Positions 20,235 to 30,543 of a stretch of 64,000 bases of DNA are shown here, piece by piece. The stretch is from Candidatus Saccharimonadota bacterium (GTDB lineage: Bacteria; Patescibacteriota; Saccharimonadia; Saccharimonadales; SLHW01), in NCBI GenBank assembly GCA_024635455.1, contig JAGXIU010000003.1:354446-418445 (forward strand), in the 5' to 3' direction. The notes below the pieces were generated by a model. The model saw only the letters and a list, made by a program, of their open reading frames with translations, was not told the DNA's origin and searched no databases. A program made the translations under genes and the position numbers. Numbering within the stretch: position 1 is the first letter of the stretch; the number at the start of each line of letters is the position of its first letter.

Positions 20235-20714
20235 CTAGCTAGACTCACCGACGCCGTCAGTGTTGAAGTCGACCCCAGCTGTATAAGCTGCCCAAGCTGC
20301 TTCTTCGGACTCACTAAGCTCAGTTGCACGTTGCGCCCAGTCAGAAACACTAGCTTTCTCTATATCGACAATTTCGTCAACATCAAGTAGTGGTGCGCCG
20401 GCTGATTGTGTCAGGTTTGTTTCAACAAATATAATCTGGGCTTGAGATAGATTAATGTCTTCTACTATACCAAGCGTCTGTACCGCTTTGCGAGCCATTA
20501 AGGTGTATGAGTCACCTGGTTGTGCTTCATAGGTGTAGGCAGCAGGCGCCTCTTCGACAACTTCGTTATTCGCCTCGTCCTCAGTCGTTTGCGTATCGAG
20601 TATTTCCTGCGCCAAAACGCTGTCATTCTGTAGAACTGAGCTTGTGGTTGCTAGGAAGAATGCCGCCGAGAACAAGAACACAAAAACACTACTTGTGAGC
20701 ATTAGTTTTATCAT
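20235..20714 (-). CDS. Secreted acidic hypothetical protein
   Basis: Signal peptide; YEAQPGDSYT LysM-like start. Confidence 0.65.
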   Translation of the reverse strand: MIKLMLTSSVFVFLFSAAFFLATTSSVLQNDSVLAQEILDTQTTEDEANNEVVEEAPAAYTYEAQPGDSYTLMARKAVQTLGIVEDINLSQAQIIFVETNLTQSAGAPLLDVDEIVDIEKASVSDWAQRATELSESEEAAWAAYTAGVDFNTDGVGESS

Positions 20715-20805
20715 TATGTACCCCTTATCCCCACCACTTTTGTTTTATAGTTACAATACGTATTGTAGCAACCTGTCAAATTAAGCACAAGGGTGTTATG
20801 CAATC

Positions 20806-21711
20806 TTAGCTGTGCGTATCTCTCTGGGCTATATTTTCCTTGGAGTAGTCCGTAAAAATTATTGAAGTCGGTGTTAGCTTAACTATAACGTACGTACCTT
20901 CCTTTAGTGAAGTAACTGGTGGTCGGTAGCTCCCTTCGCTATATGATCGCTCCTGGATCATATGGTCAAATATGTCTCGCTGTTTCTTGTGATCGGCCTC
21001 TAAGCTGGCGATTGCTTGGATTTGGGCTGTCTTCATCGACCCGGGCTCATAAATTGTCAACGCCGACTTCCCATTGGACATGACTGAACGGGCTTTGCGA
21101 CTTGCGGACTTGGTTAATACATATAAGTAGCTATCGCCGTCGAGCACATAATGCACAACAGCACCGCTGACAGTATCATCCCTGTCGTCATACGTAGAGA
21201 GCACGCCAACGTCATTGTTACGGATGAATTCGGTAGCGTCTTTATTTGGTATATCCATAATTACTAAGGAGTCGTTCAGCTCTTCATAATACCGACCACT
21301 ACGCTGATCATACTGGCCACCGCTTAAGCGCCGAGATTCGATGTATTGAGTAAAAGTGGCGGCAGCTGAGGTATTAACAAATCGTAGAGCGTACTGTTTG
21401 CCTCTGGTTAACAACGTTACCGATGCGAACATGCCGAGCTGGTTTGACGTGACACCAGATACGATATCATACGTCAGTATATCTTTAGTGACAAAAAACG
21501 GCTTTTTATCAAGATAGATTACCCTCTTATCGGTGGCGACCACAAGGCACCAACCGTCCGGGCCAAGACCATACACTGCAGCGCCGATTTTTTCATCATG
21601 ATAAATAATTGAGGGGAGGAAGCGACATTCTGCTCGCAAGACGGTGAAGGAACCTAGGCCTGCTTCTTGAAGCTGCTTACGGACACGCTCTGTGTGTTTA
21701 TAGTCCTTCAT
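20806..21711 (-). CDS. PH-domain + pyridoxamine-5'-phosphate-oxidase-like fusion
   Basis: N-terminal VVATDKRVIYLDKK (bPH); C-terminal VGVLST..YVLTKSASRK (PNPOx split barrel). Confidence 0.7.
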   Translation of the reverse strand: MKDYKHTERVRKQLQEAGLGSFTVLRAECRFLPSIIYHDEKIGAAVYGLGPDGWCLVVATDKRVIYLDKKPFFVTKDILTYDIVSGVTSNQLGMFASVTLLTRGKQYALRFVNTSAAATFTQYIESRRLSGGQYDQRSGRYYEELNDSLVIMDIPNKDATEFIRNNDVGVLSTYDDRDDTVSGAVVHYVLDGDSYLYVLTKSASRKARSVMSNGKSALTIYEPGSMKTAQIQAIASLEADHKKQRDIFDHMIQERSYSEGSYRPPVTSLKEGTYVIVKLTPTSIIFTDYSKENIAQRDTHS

Positions 21712-21899
21712 ATCTTCACCCTTTCTTCATGCGTAGTACTTGGTTAGCACTACAGGCCCAATACCATTATGACAGGAATTGTCGAACAATAAAATATAGT
21801 CCGATTAAGGCAATTAGCCCAACAAGTGCTTCTGCGGCGCTAATCATAGCCGATAATCGGTATACTGTAGATGCTTATCGGTGGTATAGTTGCACACTA

Positions 21900-22649
21900 A
21901 TGGAGAATGATGATTTGGCTTTTCAGCAACGGAGACGTCGCTTTTCTATGGTCTTGCTCGTATGCTTATGCGTCATCGGCTATGGTCTTTTTCAGTCTTT
22001 GCAGAGTAATCAGCCTATAGATGAGCCCACTGCTGATCCTTCAGTACTCTCACAACGCATAGCCTCAGGTGAATATACGCGTGCCATTGAAGCGCTCGGA
22101 CAACTTGCAGTAGCTGGAAGGGTGAGCCAAGTAGGCTATGACAGAAGTAAATTTAGCCAAGGTTGGGCCGACTATGAGGGTTGCGATATGCGCAATCGAA
22201 TTCTTCAGCGTGATCTAGTTGATACGATTCTAGATAAAGATAACTGCATTGTCTTGCGTGGCACACTCAAATCTGGTCCATACAGTGGAAAGGATATTCT
22301 ATTTGAACGCGGTGTTGGCACGAGCGGTGCAATCCATATAGAGCATGTTGTCGCAGTATCTGATGCTTGGCAAAAAGGGGCGCAAGACTTATCCAGGCAA
22401 GAGCGCCGTCAATTCTATAATGATCCACTAAACCTGATTGCTGTTGATGGACCAACCAACCAAGACAAAGGCAGCCAAGATGCCAGCGCTTGGTTACCAC
22501 AAAGGTCCTATCGATGCCGTTATATTGCTCGACAGATTGCAGTAAAGTTACGATACAGCCTCTGGCTCTCGCCGCCTGAACATCAAGCCATGCAGAAACA
22601 GCTGCAAACCTGCCCACTGCAAGTATTACCTATCCAAAAAGAAGAGTAG
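21900..22649 (+). CDS. Membrane-anchored HNH nuclease (DUF1524)
   Basis: GYDRSKF..W, CDMRNRILQRD, IEHVVA, FYNDPLNLIAVDG..NQDKG..W.P; N-terminal TM. Confidence 0.9.
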   Translation: MENDDLAFQQRRRRFSMVLLVCLCVIGYGLFQSLQSNQPIDEPTADPSVLSQRIASGEYTRAIEALGQLAVAGRVSQVGYDRSKFSQGWADYEGCDMRNRILQRDLVDTILDKDNCIVLRGTLKSGPYSGKDILFERGVGTSGAIHIEHVVAVSDAWQKGAQDLSRQERRQFYNDPLNLIAVDGPTNQDKGSQDASAWLPQRSYRCRYIARQIAVKLRYSLWLSPPEHQAMQKQLQTCPLQVLPIQKEE

Positions 22650-22653
22650 CTCA

Positions 22654-24120
22654 ATGCGCCGCATAGACGCCATATTAAGAAAAAACGTACACATATCTTG
22701 GCAGATTGCTTGGACGGCAGCTGGAATTCTGTGTGGTGCTCTGATCTCAGATTTTATGCCATATACTTATTTTACTGGGCTGGACTGGCTAGTAATAACT
22801 GTTTCTGTCTACATTATTGCTTTCCTGCGTAGGAGTGGATTTGCAATAATTTTAGCCTTACTGGCAGGACTATGTCTCGGTCTATACGTTGGGGCGCAGA
22901 CACAAGCTAATCTCGCAGAATTTGAACAATTGTATGGTAAAGATGTAACGATACAAGGTACTGTTGCAGACGACACGACAAGAAGCCAATCGGGTGATCA
23001 ACGTATTAAATTACGTGACCTAAAAATCTCTGGTAAGCCAAAAAACGGTACCATATGGGCAAGTAGTCAGACTGAAGTCGAGATTAAGCGCGGAGACTAT
23101 GCTTCACTATCGGGAGTTGTCAGTCCAGGTTTTGGCACGATGCACGCAGCGCTTTTTGAGGCACAACTAACAGATATCCTACGGCCAGTCCCTGGCGATA
23201 TTACGCGAGTCGCTCGAGATAACTTTGCAGATAAAGTCGAACAACACATTAGCCAACCCCAAGCTAGTTTGGGGATAAGCTTTCTAGTCGGGCAACGGAG
23301 CGCCCTTCCAACCATTATTCAAGATATGTTTCGTGATCTCGGTTTAGTTCATCTGGTTGTAGCGAGCGGTTTTCACTTAACTATTGTGGTCCGCTTTGCT
23401 CGAAGGCTTTTTGCTGGTCAATCTAAATATATTGCAACAGCAACCAGCTTCATGCTCATAGCAGGCTTTTTGCTCCTGACTGGCTTTAGCACCTCAATGG
23501 TGCGCGCCTCCCTCGTTACTGGGCTTAGTTTGCTGGCATGGTATTACGGTCGGTCTATTCATCCTGTGGTACTTTTACTGGTTGTTGCCGCCATCACAGT
23601 GCTTATAAACCCACTGTACATTTTAGGTGATATGGCCTGGTATCTTTCATTTGCTGCATTTTCAGGTGTAATAATTCTTGCGCCACTCTTGCATGCATAT
23701 TTTTGGCATCCAGATAAAAAACCAGGCTTTATACGTTACTTAATTATTGCTACTACATCCGCTCAGATCACGACATTTCCAATTATCGCCGTAACCTTCG
23801 AGCAGTATTCTCCACTTGCGCTCCTGTCGAACTTACTAGTACTGCCACTTGTACCAGTTGTCATGATGGGTACGTTTTTAGTTGGCGTAAATAGCTTTTT
23901 ATTACCGTGGCTAGCGACCACGTTGGCCATACCGACGCAATGGGGGCTGCACTATATCACAACTGTGGCCGAATATTTAACTACACTTCCATGGGCTACT
24001 AGCTCCGTGTCAATCAGCAGTTTGACCGTCATACTCTACTACGCGTTTGTATTGTTCGCTGTCGTTTATATGCAACGAGTCACAAGCTACGATATACGCA
24101 CAGAAAATCCTATAGATTAA
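22654..24120 (+). CDS. comEC: ComEC/Rec2 competence channel
   Basis: GLVHLVVASGFH, SMVRA, LSFAA, TTSAQ, LSNLLVLP. Confidence 0.9.
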   Translation: MRRIDAILRKNVHISWQIAWTAAGILCGALISDFMPYTYFTGLDWLVITVSVYIIAFLRRSGFAIILALLAGLCLGLYVGAQTQANLAEFEQLYGKDVTIQGTVADDTTRSQSGDQRIKLRDLKISGKPKNGTIWASSQTEVEIKRGDYASLSGVVSPGFGTMHAALFEAQLTDILRPVPGDITRVARDNFADKVEQHISQPQASLGISFLVGQRSALPTIIQDMFRDLGLVHLVVASGFHLTIVVRFARRLFAGQSKYIATATSFMLIAGFLLLTGFSTSMVRASLVTGLSLLAWYYGRSIHPVVLLLVVAAITVLINPLYILGDMAWYLSFAAFSGVIILAPLLHAYFWHPDKKPGFIRYLIIATTSAQITTFPIIAVTFEQYSPLALLSNLLVLPLVPVVMMGTFLVGVNSFLLPWLATTLAIPTQWGLHYITTVAEYLTTLPWATSSVSISSLTVILYYAFVLFAVVYMQRVTSYDIRTENPID

Positions 24121-24200
24121 AGTTTTCTGCTCTGTTTCATATCCATCATTACGTCTTGGGTAGACATCGATTTGTAATACCACCTGTAATGAACTAGTGG

Positions 24201-24932
24201 TTAATCTTTAGTGCCCTTGTATGCGTTGACTATACGAACCGCCTCATGCAGATCGTCAGTTATTACATACAGGTCTCTATCTTCTGGACTTATAGTTTTA
24301 GTCTGCTCTACTAAAACAGACTTGATAAAGCTATCAAGTGGCTTCCAGAACTCAGAACCAACCAGAATAACGGGGATTGGCTTGATCCGCTTGGTTTGCT
24401 TCAATGTTAGTATTTCAAAAAGCTCATCAAGTGTACCGAACCCACCCGGGAAATAAACATAGGCACGAGCCGCAAAAGATAACGCTACTTTTCTACTAAA
24501 GAAATAGTAGAAATCAACTGATCGGTTCACATATCCATTCGTAACCTGTTCGTGAGGGAGCTGTATTGTCATACCAATTGATACCCCATGTTCATCAGCG
24601 GCACCTCGATTAGCTGCCTCCATTATGCCGGGGCCACCTCCTGTGACAACAGAAGCGCCTGTACCGCGCACGATCATATCAGCAAGTCTTCGGGCTGTTT
24701 TATAATGTTCGTTCTGTTCATCGAAACGAGCAGACCCGAAAAATGTCACCGTATTTTTATGATGCTTCAGCAACTCAAATGTCTGCTTAAACTCTTTATT
24801 AATCTGTTTCATGCGCTTGTGCGTCGATACACTATCAATATCGTTAATGTGCAATTTCTCTGCACGGGAAATAGGCTTCAGCGCTGAACCATGCCGCAAT
24901 GCTTTTTTAATAAACTTTTTTATTTTTTTCAT
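24201..24932 (-). CDS. LOG family Rossmann-fold protein (TIGR00730)
   Basis: FFGSAR, TGGGPGIMEAANRGA, FPGGFGTLDELFE. Confidence 0.92.
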   Translation of the reverse strand: MKKIKKFIKKALRHGSALKPISRAEKLHINDIDSVSTHKRMKQINKEFKQTFELLKHHKNTVTFFGSARFDEQNEHYKTARRLADMIVRGTGASVVTGGGPGIMEAANRGAADEHGVSIGMTIQLPHEQVTNGYVNRSVDFYYFFSRKVALSFAARAYVYFPGGFGTLDELFEILTLKQTKRIKPIPVILVGSEFWKPLDSFIKSVLVEQTKTISPEDRDLYVITDDLHEAVRIVNAYKGTKD

Positions 24933-25027
24933 ATCTACTACTGTTTAGATTACAGAAATATCTGCAAGAATGCAAAGCATGATCGTTTTTCCTACAGATT
25001 GCACCATGAGTCAGCTATACTGGTCGC

Positions 25028-25720
25028 ATGCAATTACGATTACCAAGACCAAAAAACAAACCCTGGCCACTATTTCAGCAGTTCCTATCCTCGAAGCCGC
25101 TCTTGCTCGTCATCAGTATATTCAACTGGCCACGCCGTATCATACGTCGGCTGTACGCCTGGGTTGTAGGTTGGTCAGAAAGTAAAAACGCAGAACGAGC
25201 ACTCGGTGCAATAGCGGTGGCAGAAAGCTCATTTTTTCCAATCCCCCCTGATCCGCTACTGATTGCCATGACGACAGTACAACCAAAAAAATACCTCCGC
25301 TTTGCCCTGATATGTACAATCGGCAGCGTGATTGGTGGCGCTATAGGTTATGCGATTGGTGTTGGGCTTTTTGAGACAATCGGCGCCTGGGTCGTGGAAA
25401 CTTACCACCTACAACATGAGTTCGATATCGTTGGCCAGCGCTATGGACAAAACGCGTTCCTGGCAATTGTTACTGCTGGGTTTACGCCCATCCCGTATAA
25501 GCTATTCACTATTGCTGCGGGAGTATTTCAGGTAAATTTTTTCGTGTTTATTATTGCCTCAGTTATTGGTCGCGGCGGAAGATTCTTCGCTGTTGCAGGC
25601 GCGATGCATTTTTTTGGTAAACGATATAAAGATAAGATAGAAAAGTATATCGACCTACTTTCCCTCGCGTTCGTAGCGTTACTTATTTTAGGTTTTTTTG
25701 CGATTAGCTATTTACTCTAG
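25028..25720 (+). CDS. YqaA/DedA family membrane protein
   Basis: AESSFFPIPPDPLL, AGFTPIPYKLFTIAAG, GRGGRFF. Confidence 0.9.
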   Translation: MQLRLPRPKNKPWPLFQQFLSSKPLLLVISIFNWPRRIIRRLYAWVVGWSESKNAERALGAIAVAESSFFPIPPDPLLIAMTTVQPKKYLRFALICTIGSVIGGAIGYAIGVGLFETIGAWVVETYHLQHEFDIVGQRYGQNAFLAIVTAGFTPIPYKLFTIAAGVFQVNFFVFIIASVIGRGGRFFAVAGAMHFFGKRYKDKIEKYIDLLSLAFVALLILGFFAISYLL

Positions 25721-26711
25721 CAACTTCTTCAGAGGAGATTTTCTCGTTTCGAAAGCTATCGACTCCTGCACTGACGAGTAGCGCCATAGGTACGGCCAAT
25801 AGACCACCTAAGATACCGTAGAGAATAGTACCAATCAGGAATGACACGAGTACCACGATTGGGTGCAGGTGTACTGCTCGACCCATGAGCAACGGCGAGA
25901 GTATCTGACTCTCTAGTTGTTGGATAATAATATAGACTGCGGTAACGATTAGGCCAAACTCAAACGATTCAGATAATCCAAACAAAATTGCCGGAACGGA
26001 CGCAAGGATTGGGCCAATCAACGGAATAATCTCCAGCAATGCTGCGATAATACCGAGCACTCCGGCAAATGGCACACCAATAGCTAACATCGCCAGCCAA
26101 ACCGTCACACCAACCGCACTACTAATCAACATTTGGCCTAAGAACCAACGGCTCAACTTAACTTCTGCTCGTAGCCAAATATCCTCAGCCCGCACCTGAT
26201 ATTCTTTTGGAACATAGGAAACAAGCGTTTTCTTTATTGGGTCATAGCCGCGCAACCAATACATCGTTAGGACCAATATAGTCAACAATACACCGAATGC
26301 CTGTGCCAATGTCACACTAATCAAAAGGGCTAAAGAACCGATATCAGTAAATCTTTCTCGGACTATTTGGCGGAAGTCCTGCTCTTCTATTCCAAGTGCT
26401 TCAACAATCGGAAACCGACCGAACAAACTCGGCAGCTCGCCAAAGAACTTTGGTAACTCTTGAGCTAACGATGGAGCTATATAAAAACCAATACCGGTGA
26501 GTAAACCGACAAATGCGAGCAATGGTGTGAGTACAGCAATAAATGAAGGTAGTTTATACCGATGCAATATTCGAACAAACGGCAGGATAATAATAGTCAG
26601 CATAAATGCAATCAACACGATCAAAGCAACCAGGCGTAGGTGCCAAAGTGCAATTAAAGCGAGCACTATAGCGAGAAGACGATAAATTTGTTTTATAGTA
26701 ATGGTGTTCAT
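25704..26711 (-). CDS. AI-2E family transporter
   Basis: EIIPLIGP, IQQLESQILSPLLMG..LHP, GGLLAVP. Confidence 0.9.
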   Translation of the reverse strand: MNTITIKQIYRLLAIVLALIALWHLRLVALIVLIAFMLTIIILPFVRILHRYKLPSFIAVLTPLLAFVGLLTGIGFYIAPSLAQELPKFFGELPSLFGRFPIVEALGIEEQDFRQIVRERFTDIGSLALLISVTLAQAFGVLLTILVLTMYWLRGYDPIKKTLVSYVPKEYQVRAEDIWLRAEVKLSRWFLGQMLISSAVGVTVWLAMLAIGVPFAGVLGIIAALLEIIPLIGPILASVPAILFGLSESFEFGLIVTAVYIIIQQLESQILSPLLMGRAVHLHPIVVLVSFLIGTILYGILGGLLAVPMALLVSAGVDSFRNEKISSEEVARVNS

Positions 26712-26826
26712 ATACCTAATTCTTGTTACTGCAACTTTATATGTAGTAGTGTAACACTTTTTCAATACGTATAAGGCAACACGAGGTGGCTCGGTATGCT
26801 ACAGTTTAGATAAACATACAATCCTT

Positions 26827-27798
26827 ATGAGCAACTACCATAAACAAAAAACTGACGTAATAACCACCGACGAGCGAAACACCCTCATAGCAAATTTACT
26901 TCTACTGGATACGAATAAAGGGAAGCTTCATCAACCAAAAGATGCCTATTTTAATGGTGTTATTGGATTAAATCATCTAGCATCAGACATTGTTACCTGG
27001 CTTGGGTTTCAAGTAGTATCAATAGATGTAATAACCACTAAAGACGCTTCGTGGAGCGCTCATAGCACCGAGTCGACGAAAGAGATACGTATCCCTGAAG
27101 CTATAATAAGCCAACACCCTTTTCTAGCTTTATACTATACTTGCCTCGCTGTATGCTCCCTGTTAACAGATGAACATATCACTGACACGTCCCTTTCTTG
27201 TTCCGCTAAGCAAGAATTAATGGAGCATTTTAGTATCGAGGCTGGCTTGGGCATCTACGGCATGAATGCGCTGTACGACACAGATGTTCACAACACAACA
27301 GAGACGAGTAACCAAGTACTCGAGTTCATCGCTCCGGGACACTACAAACAGCTATTCGCAGCATATTGCAATAACAATAATATAGCTTTTACCTCTTATG
27401 AGCAGGGTTTGCTACCTGCTGCTCAGGATGCCTTACAGCTACACTCGCCCAAAAGTAAACGAAAAAGTTTTGTCCGACGCTACTTACAAAAGCATAAAAC
27501 TAACAAAGAAAGATTTGCACTTACCATGCTCAGTATGGTGTTTCTGGCTACATTTTTATTTATGCTTTGGCCATATATACCGAAACCACTCAACCAAGAC
27601 CAGCGTGCGATGCAGTCAGAAATTATCTCACTGAAGCAACGATATGATGATTGTCAAAGTGTCCTCACTCAAATGCATGAAAGCATCATAGAGCCAGACA
27701 TACTCAGCTCCAGAAGCCTGCAGAAGCAATCTCAAGTCTGCTCATCGCTCAAACAAGAACACGATAAGCTAGTCAATCGCTATAACCGCTCTCTGTAG
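26827..27798 (+). CDS. Hypothetical protein with C-terminal TM and coiled coil
   Basis: Long ORF; single TM followed by a helical region with two Cys. Confidence 0.65.
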   Translation: MSNYHKQKTDVITTDERNTLIANLLLLDTNKGKLHQPKDAYFNGVIGLNHLASDIVTWLGFQVVSIDVITTKDASWSAHSTESTKEIRIPEAIISQHPFLALYYTCLAVCSLLTDEHITDTSLSCSAKQELMEHFSIEAGLGIYGMNALYDTDVHNTTETSNQVLEFIAPGHYKQLFAAYCNNNNIAFTSYEQGLLPAAQDALQLHSPKSKRKSFVRRYLQKHKTNKERFALTMLSMVFLATFLFMLWPYIPKPLNQDQRAMQSEIISLKQRYDDCQSVLTQMHESIIEPDILSSRSLQKQSQVCSSLKQEHDKLVNRYNRSL

Positions 27799-28093
27799 TA
27801 TCGGTTCGATACACGCGCCTTTTATGACGAGGCCATATAACAACACCGCGCAGCACAGAAGTCGGAAGCCAGCCGAACGCATCACTGTCGGTGCTCATCT
27901 GGGGGTTATCACCTGCAACGTATATACGGTTGTCTCGTAACTTCTCTATTCGCTTTAGCTTCTCTTTGCCCTCATGGCTAAATATTACGATGTCTCCAGG
28001 CTGAGCCCGTCGCGTCTTTCGGCCAATAATAATCTGGCCTGGCCGAAGCGTAGGAAGCATGCTTTTTCCATATACTCGCCGTAGAAAAATCAT
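27773..28093 (-). CDS. sodX: Nickel-SOD maturation protease (S26)
   Basis: VYGKSMLPTL, KLKRI, GDNPQMSTDS..FG; directly downstream of sodN. Confidence 0.88.
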   Translation of the reverse strand: MIFLRRVYGKSMLPTLRPGQIIIGRKTRRAQPGDIVIFSHEGKEKLKRIEKLRDNRIYVAGDNPQMSTDSDAFGWLPTSVLRGVVIWPRHKRRVYRTDTTESGYSD

Positions 28094-28126
28094 TGAATCA
28101 CCGTGCTACTTGGGTTACGCAGACAG

Positions 28127-28504
28127 TTATTTTGTTGACTCAAACCACTCACTGACCTCAGCAATCAGATCAAGTAGCTTTTGGCTATCAGACGTGTCGG
28201 TAGATTTTTTTGCCTGGCCAGCTTGTTTTGTTGCCCGCCAAAAAAGATCATGTAAATCTGGTGTAGCCTCTACGTGCTCCGGTTTCGCATAATCAGTCCA
28301 TATAACCCACAGGTGATGCTTGACAAGCTCTAGCCGCTGTTCTTTTATCATAACGGCACGCCATTTGTCTTCTTGGTTCAAACCATCGTACTTTTGGTTT
28401 ATACCGTGCACCGACTCGGCTTCGATTCGGGCTTGATCCGGATCATATACCCCACACGGAAGATCACAGTGCGCATATACTGGTGCAATCGAAAATTTCT
28501 TCAT
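28127..28504 (-). CDS. sodN: Nickel superoxide dismutase
   Basis: Ni-hook HCDLPCGVYDP after an 11-aa presequence; KHHLWVIWTDY. Confidence 0.95.
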   Translation of the reverse strand: MKKFSIAPVYAHCDLPCGVYDPDQARIEAESVHGINQKYDGLNQEDKWRAVMIKEQRLELVKHHLWVIWTDYAKPEHVEATPDLHDLFWRATKQAGQAKKSTDTSDSQKLLDLIAEVSEWFESTK

Positions 28505-28564
28505 AAATATTTACCTTCCTTTTAGATTATTTGCTGTCTCCAGTATAGCAACTCGTGCTAGTAG

Positions 28565-29224
28565 TTATGATCTCTTGTGGCTTTTGCTTTTGCTTTTTCG
28601 CCACGCCGCAATTTCTCCATGATTGCCACTCAGTAAAACATCTGGTACTGACATATCCTGGAACTCAGCTGGACGAGTATATTGTGGGAATTCGAGTGTT
28701 TCTCCGTCAGAAAAACTTTCTATTTCCGCACTTTGCTCTCCGCCTAACACACCAGGTATAAGGCGAACGGTCGCATCTATAATCACCATAGCAGGAAGTT
28801 CGCCACCAGTTAATACATAATCACCAATTGATATTTGCTCATCCACGAGCTCTGTAATCCGCTCATCATATCCCTCATAGCGACCACAAATAAATATCAT
28901 GCCAGTTTGCCTGGTAGATAGGTCACGCGCATAAGCTTGGTCAAATCTGTGACCACGAGGTGTCATCAAGAATACCTGTGCGTCCGGATCTCGCGACTTA
29001 CAATCTTCAACTGCAGCAAACACTGGCTCTGGACGAAGTAGCATACCATCACCACCACCGTACGGCGTGTCATCAACAGTACGTCTCGGACCAATGCCAA
29101 AATCGCGCAAGTTGACATACCGATAAGAGACAACTTCGCTGTCTTTCGCCTTCTTGAGCATACTTGTTTCTAGCACTGCTGGAAACATATCGGGAAATAT
29201 ACTAATTATCTGAATTTGTTTCAT
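28565..29224 (-). CDS. trmD: tRNA (guanine-N1)-methyltransferase
   Basis: VDDTPYGGGDGM, ICGRYEGYDER, SIGDYVLTGGE, LEFPQYTRP. Confidence 0.97.
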   Translation of the reverse strand: MKQIQIISIFPDMFPAVLETSMLKKAKDSEVVSYRYVNLRDFGIGPRRTVDDTPYGGGDGMLLRPEPVFAAVEDCKSRDPDAQVFLMTPRGHRFDQAYARDLSTRQTGMIFICGRYEGYDERITELVDEQISIGDYVLTGGELPAMVIIDATVRLIPGVLGGEQSAEIESFSDGETLEFPQYTRPAEFQDMSVPDVLLSGNHGEIAAWRKSKSKSHKRS

Positions 29225-29246
29225 GTACCACTGTATTCTACCACGC

Positions 29247-29393
29247 AAAAAAAAGAGACCCAGATACTATTTATCATAGTTATCGGGTCTCGTTTTAACA
29301 CATAAAGCTCCCATCGTATTCGATGGCTCGCAATGAGCTTGTCGTTTTTGTTTTTTGTAATGTGCTTTCGTAAAGTTACCAACAACTCTAGCG
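29247..29393 (-). ncRNA. Candidate ~145-nt small RNA or leader between khpA and trmD
   Basis: TTGCAC-N17-TATAGT promoter (29428-29400), A/C-rich tract, hairpin, GAGACCC/GGGTCTC terminator with T8. Confidence 0.45.
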
Positions 29394-29448
29394 AATATAA
29401 CTATACCTGGTTCTGCTCGCAGGTGCAAGCGTTTTATGTACGATTGGA

Positions 29449-29889
29449 CTAGATATCTAGGTCGTCGAGGTCTGCGAGTTCTTGTTTAGCTTTTTTCAAG
29501 CTAGAACTCTCTTCTTCTTCGTCTTCGACTTGATCACCAGAATTATTAGCCTCTGTTGGCTTTTCGGTGCTTTTCTCTGAGTTCTTTTTTGAAGTATCCT
29601 CATCGCTTGGCGTATCATCAGATTCTTCACCATCTGTCTGTTCGGCAGTATCAATAATCTTAAGATTATAACGAGCCTCGTTTTTCGTCCCTAGCGCTCT
29701 GAGTAAGGTACGAATACTCTGCGCAGTCGCACCGCGCTTCCCGATAACCCGACCTAAGTCATCTGGGTCAACCGACAGTTCTAACAACACGCCTTTTTCG
29801 TCAATGCGTCGTTCGATAATTACTTTATCTGGATTGCCAACCAGTGATTTTACGATAAATTCTACAAATTGCTGATCAATACTACTCAT
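29449..29889 (-). CDS. khpA: KH-domain RNA-binding protein with acidic tail
   Basis: DDLGRVIGKRGATAQSIRTLL; located between rpsP and trmD. Confidence 0.9.
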   Translation of the reverse strand: MSSIDQQFVEFIVKSLVGNPDKVIIERRIDEKGVLLELSVDPDDLGRVIGKRGATAQSIRTLLRALGTKNEARYNLKIIDTAEQTDGEESDDTPSDEDTSKKNSEKSTEKPTEANNSGDQVEDEEEESSSLKKAKQELADLDDLDI

Positions 29890-29995
29890 CCGTCATATCC
29901 TCCTATTCAGACATTAGAAAATGCACACAATAGATGCGCCGGCAAACTTTTGCTTATTTAAGTATAACAAACTTGGCCCACCCGTAACACGAATT

Positions 29996-30454
29996 TTATT
30001 TTTCGGTTGATTCTTCTGCTGGAGCTTCTTCGGTTGTGTCAGCGGATGTTGTATCCGTTTCTTCCGTTGCGCTAGCTTCAGTAGCTTCTGGTTTGGTTTC
30101 TACTTCAGGCTCAGTAGGCTCTTCTGCAGGAGTTTCTTTTGGTTGGTTTTTACGTAACTTTTCAGGATTCTTGGTTGCCCGTTTAACTTCTGTCGCGTCA
30201 GGCATTACCCACTTCGGTAACTTCACTCCTTGAGCCTTTAGAATACGAATTACACTATCAGACGGCTGAGCACCGTTACCTAGATAATGAGTGACTTTTT
30301 CTTTATCTACTGTGGTTTCTTTGCTGTGTGGATTATAAGAGCCGACGTTAGCTACAACTCGTCCACTTTTTGGTGACAATTGAGCCTCTTGCACAATTAT
30401 TCTGTATTGTGCGTACCCCTTACGGCCAACTCGTTGCATGCGTATTGCTAGCAT
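29996..30454 (-). CDS. rpsP: 30S ribosomal protein S16
   Basis: MLAIRMQRVGRK..YRIIV..GSYNP..GAQPS. Confidence 0.95.
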   Translation of the reverse strand: MLAIRMQRVGRKGYAQYRIIVQEAQLSPKSGRVVANVGSYNPHSKETTVDKEKVTHYLGNGAQPSDSVIRILKAQGVKLPKWVMPDATEVKRATKNPEKLRKNQPKETPAEEPTEPEVETKPEATEASATEETDTTSADTTEEAPAEESTEK

Positions 30455-30543
30455 AATAAAAAATCTCTCTTTCCTCTACAGATTGTATCTGCGCTTAGTA
30501 GTATCTGCAATCTGCTCCATTCTACAGAGAGACTCATCTGATG

